Shown: positions 63,910 through 64,000 of the stretch, one piece after another
Position numbering within the stretch: the first letter of the stretch is position 1
Layout of the letters: each line of letters opens with the position of its first letter
Source: Candidatus Saccharimonadota bacterium
GTDB lineage: Bacteria; Patescibacteriota; Saccharimonadia; Saccharimonadales; UBA4665
DNA length: 64,000 nt
Assembly: GCA_039931245.1 (NCBI GenBank)
Contig: JBDTSH010000014.1
Span: forward strand, 258-64,257
Direction of reading: 5' to 3'
Translations under genes and position numbers: made by a program
The notes under the pieces: generated by a model
Told to the model about the DNA's origin: nothing
Seen by the model: only the letters and a program-made list of their open reading frames with translations
The model's database searches: none

Positions 63910-64000
63910 AGGTGGAGACAGAGTAGTAATTACTCCCTAAGTATCGTAAAATAATGCGAGTCTCGTCCGACAGCAACAACTTGGGGATGTGGTGAAATTG

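Noticed and set aside
1-64000. Alternative genetic code (TGA recoding, as in some candidate-phyla bacteria).
   Set aside because: Well-identified genes (pheS, gatC, gatA, rnhB, the micro-ORFs) end at TGA at the expected lengths, and no conserved protein is interrupted by in-frame TGA.
1-64000. tRNA, rRNA, CRISPR arrays and mobile elements (integrase, transposase, phage genes).
   Set aside because: No intergenic stretch shows a T-loop/acceptor pattern or regularly spaced repeats, and no ORF shows integrase, transposase or phage hallmarks. This was a by-eye scan only, so tRNAscan/Infernal should confirm it.

Overview
This is a dense chromosomal segment of about 60 CDS, almost all housekeeping. 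The standard genetic code applies, since TGA, TAA and TAG all terminate well-supported genes. In order, the content is: rmuC; a GH63-like hydrolase with yajQ; pheST; an ABC exporter; two NUDIX hydrolases; an FKBP isomerase; glutaredoxin-trxB next to an FNR-like reductase; a GDPD esterase; ppa; a gap-rpiB-rpe-split transketolase-fba-PfkB kinase sugar-phosphate supercluster; uvrB; gatCAB; galU; a DUF948-like/YtxH pair; dnaE; a CAP-domain protein; a secreted Thr/Ala-rich protein; a SpoU methyltransferase; a GspE/PilB ATPase; two tandem WhiB-like genes; rplS-rnhB-yraN; pepN; nusA; clpC; radA with a PIN/TRAM protein; a class A PBP; tyrS; a SAM methyltransferase; recG; and rsmD. Three things suggest a reduced genome, possibly Patescibacteria/Saccharibacteria-like: frequent ATGA/TAATG gene overlaps, a split transketolase, and missing usual neighbours (no rimP/infB at nusA, no pilC/pilM at pilB). 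That placement is inference and cannot be verified from this window. I recognised no rRNA, tRNA, CRISPR array, transposase, integrase or phage genes. The most notable observations are: (1) a perfect CIRCE (HrcA operator) overlapping a promoter upstream of clpC; (2) tandem WhiB-like Fe-S regulator paralogs next to an orphan pilB; (3) a promoter plus terminator-like hairpin in the nusA leader; (4) small membrane ORFs translationally coupled inside the gatCAB, split-tkt and gap-rpiB operons; (5) many genes whose -10 box lies only 6-12 nt from the start codon, implying leaderless or near-leaderless mRNAs; (6) an uncharacterised 415-aa protein in an operon with a SLOG/TIGR00725 protein. I found no clear multi-gene novel system such as a defence island. 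All product calls come from motif recognition by eye, not from database searches.
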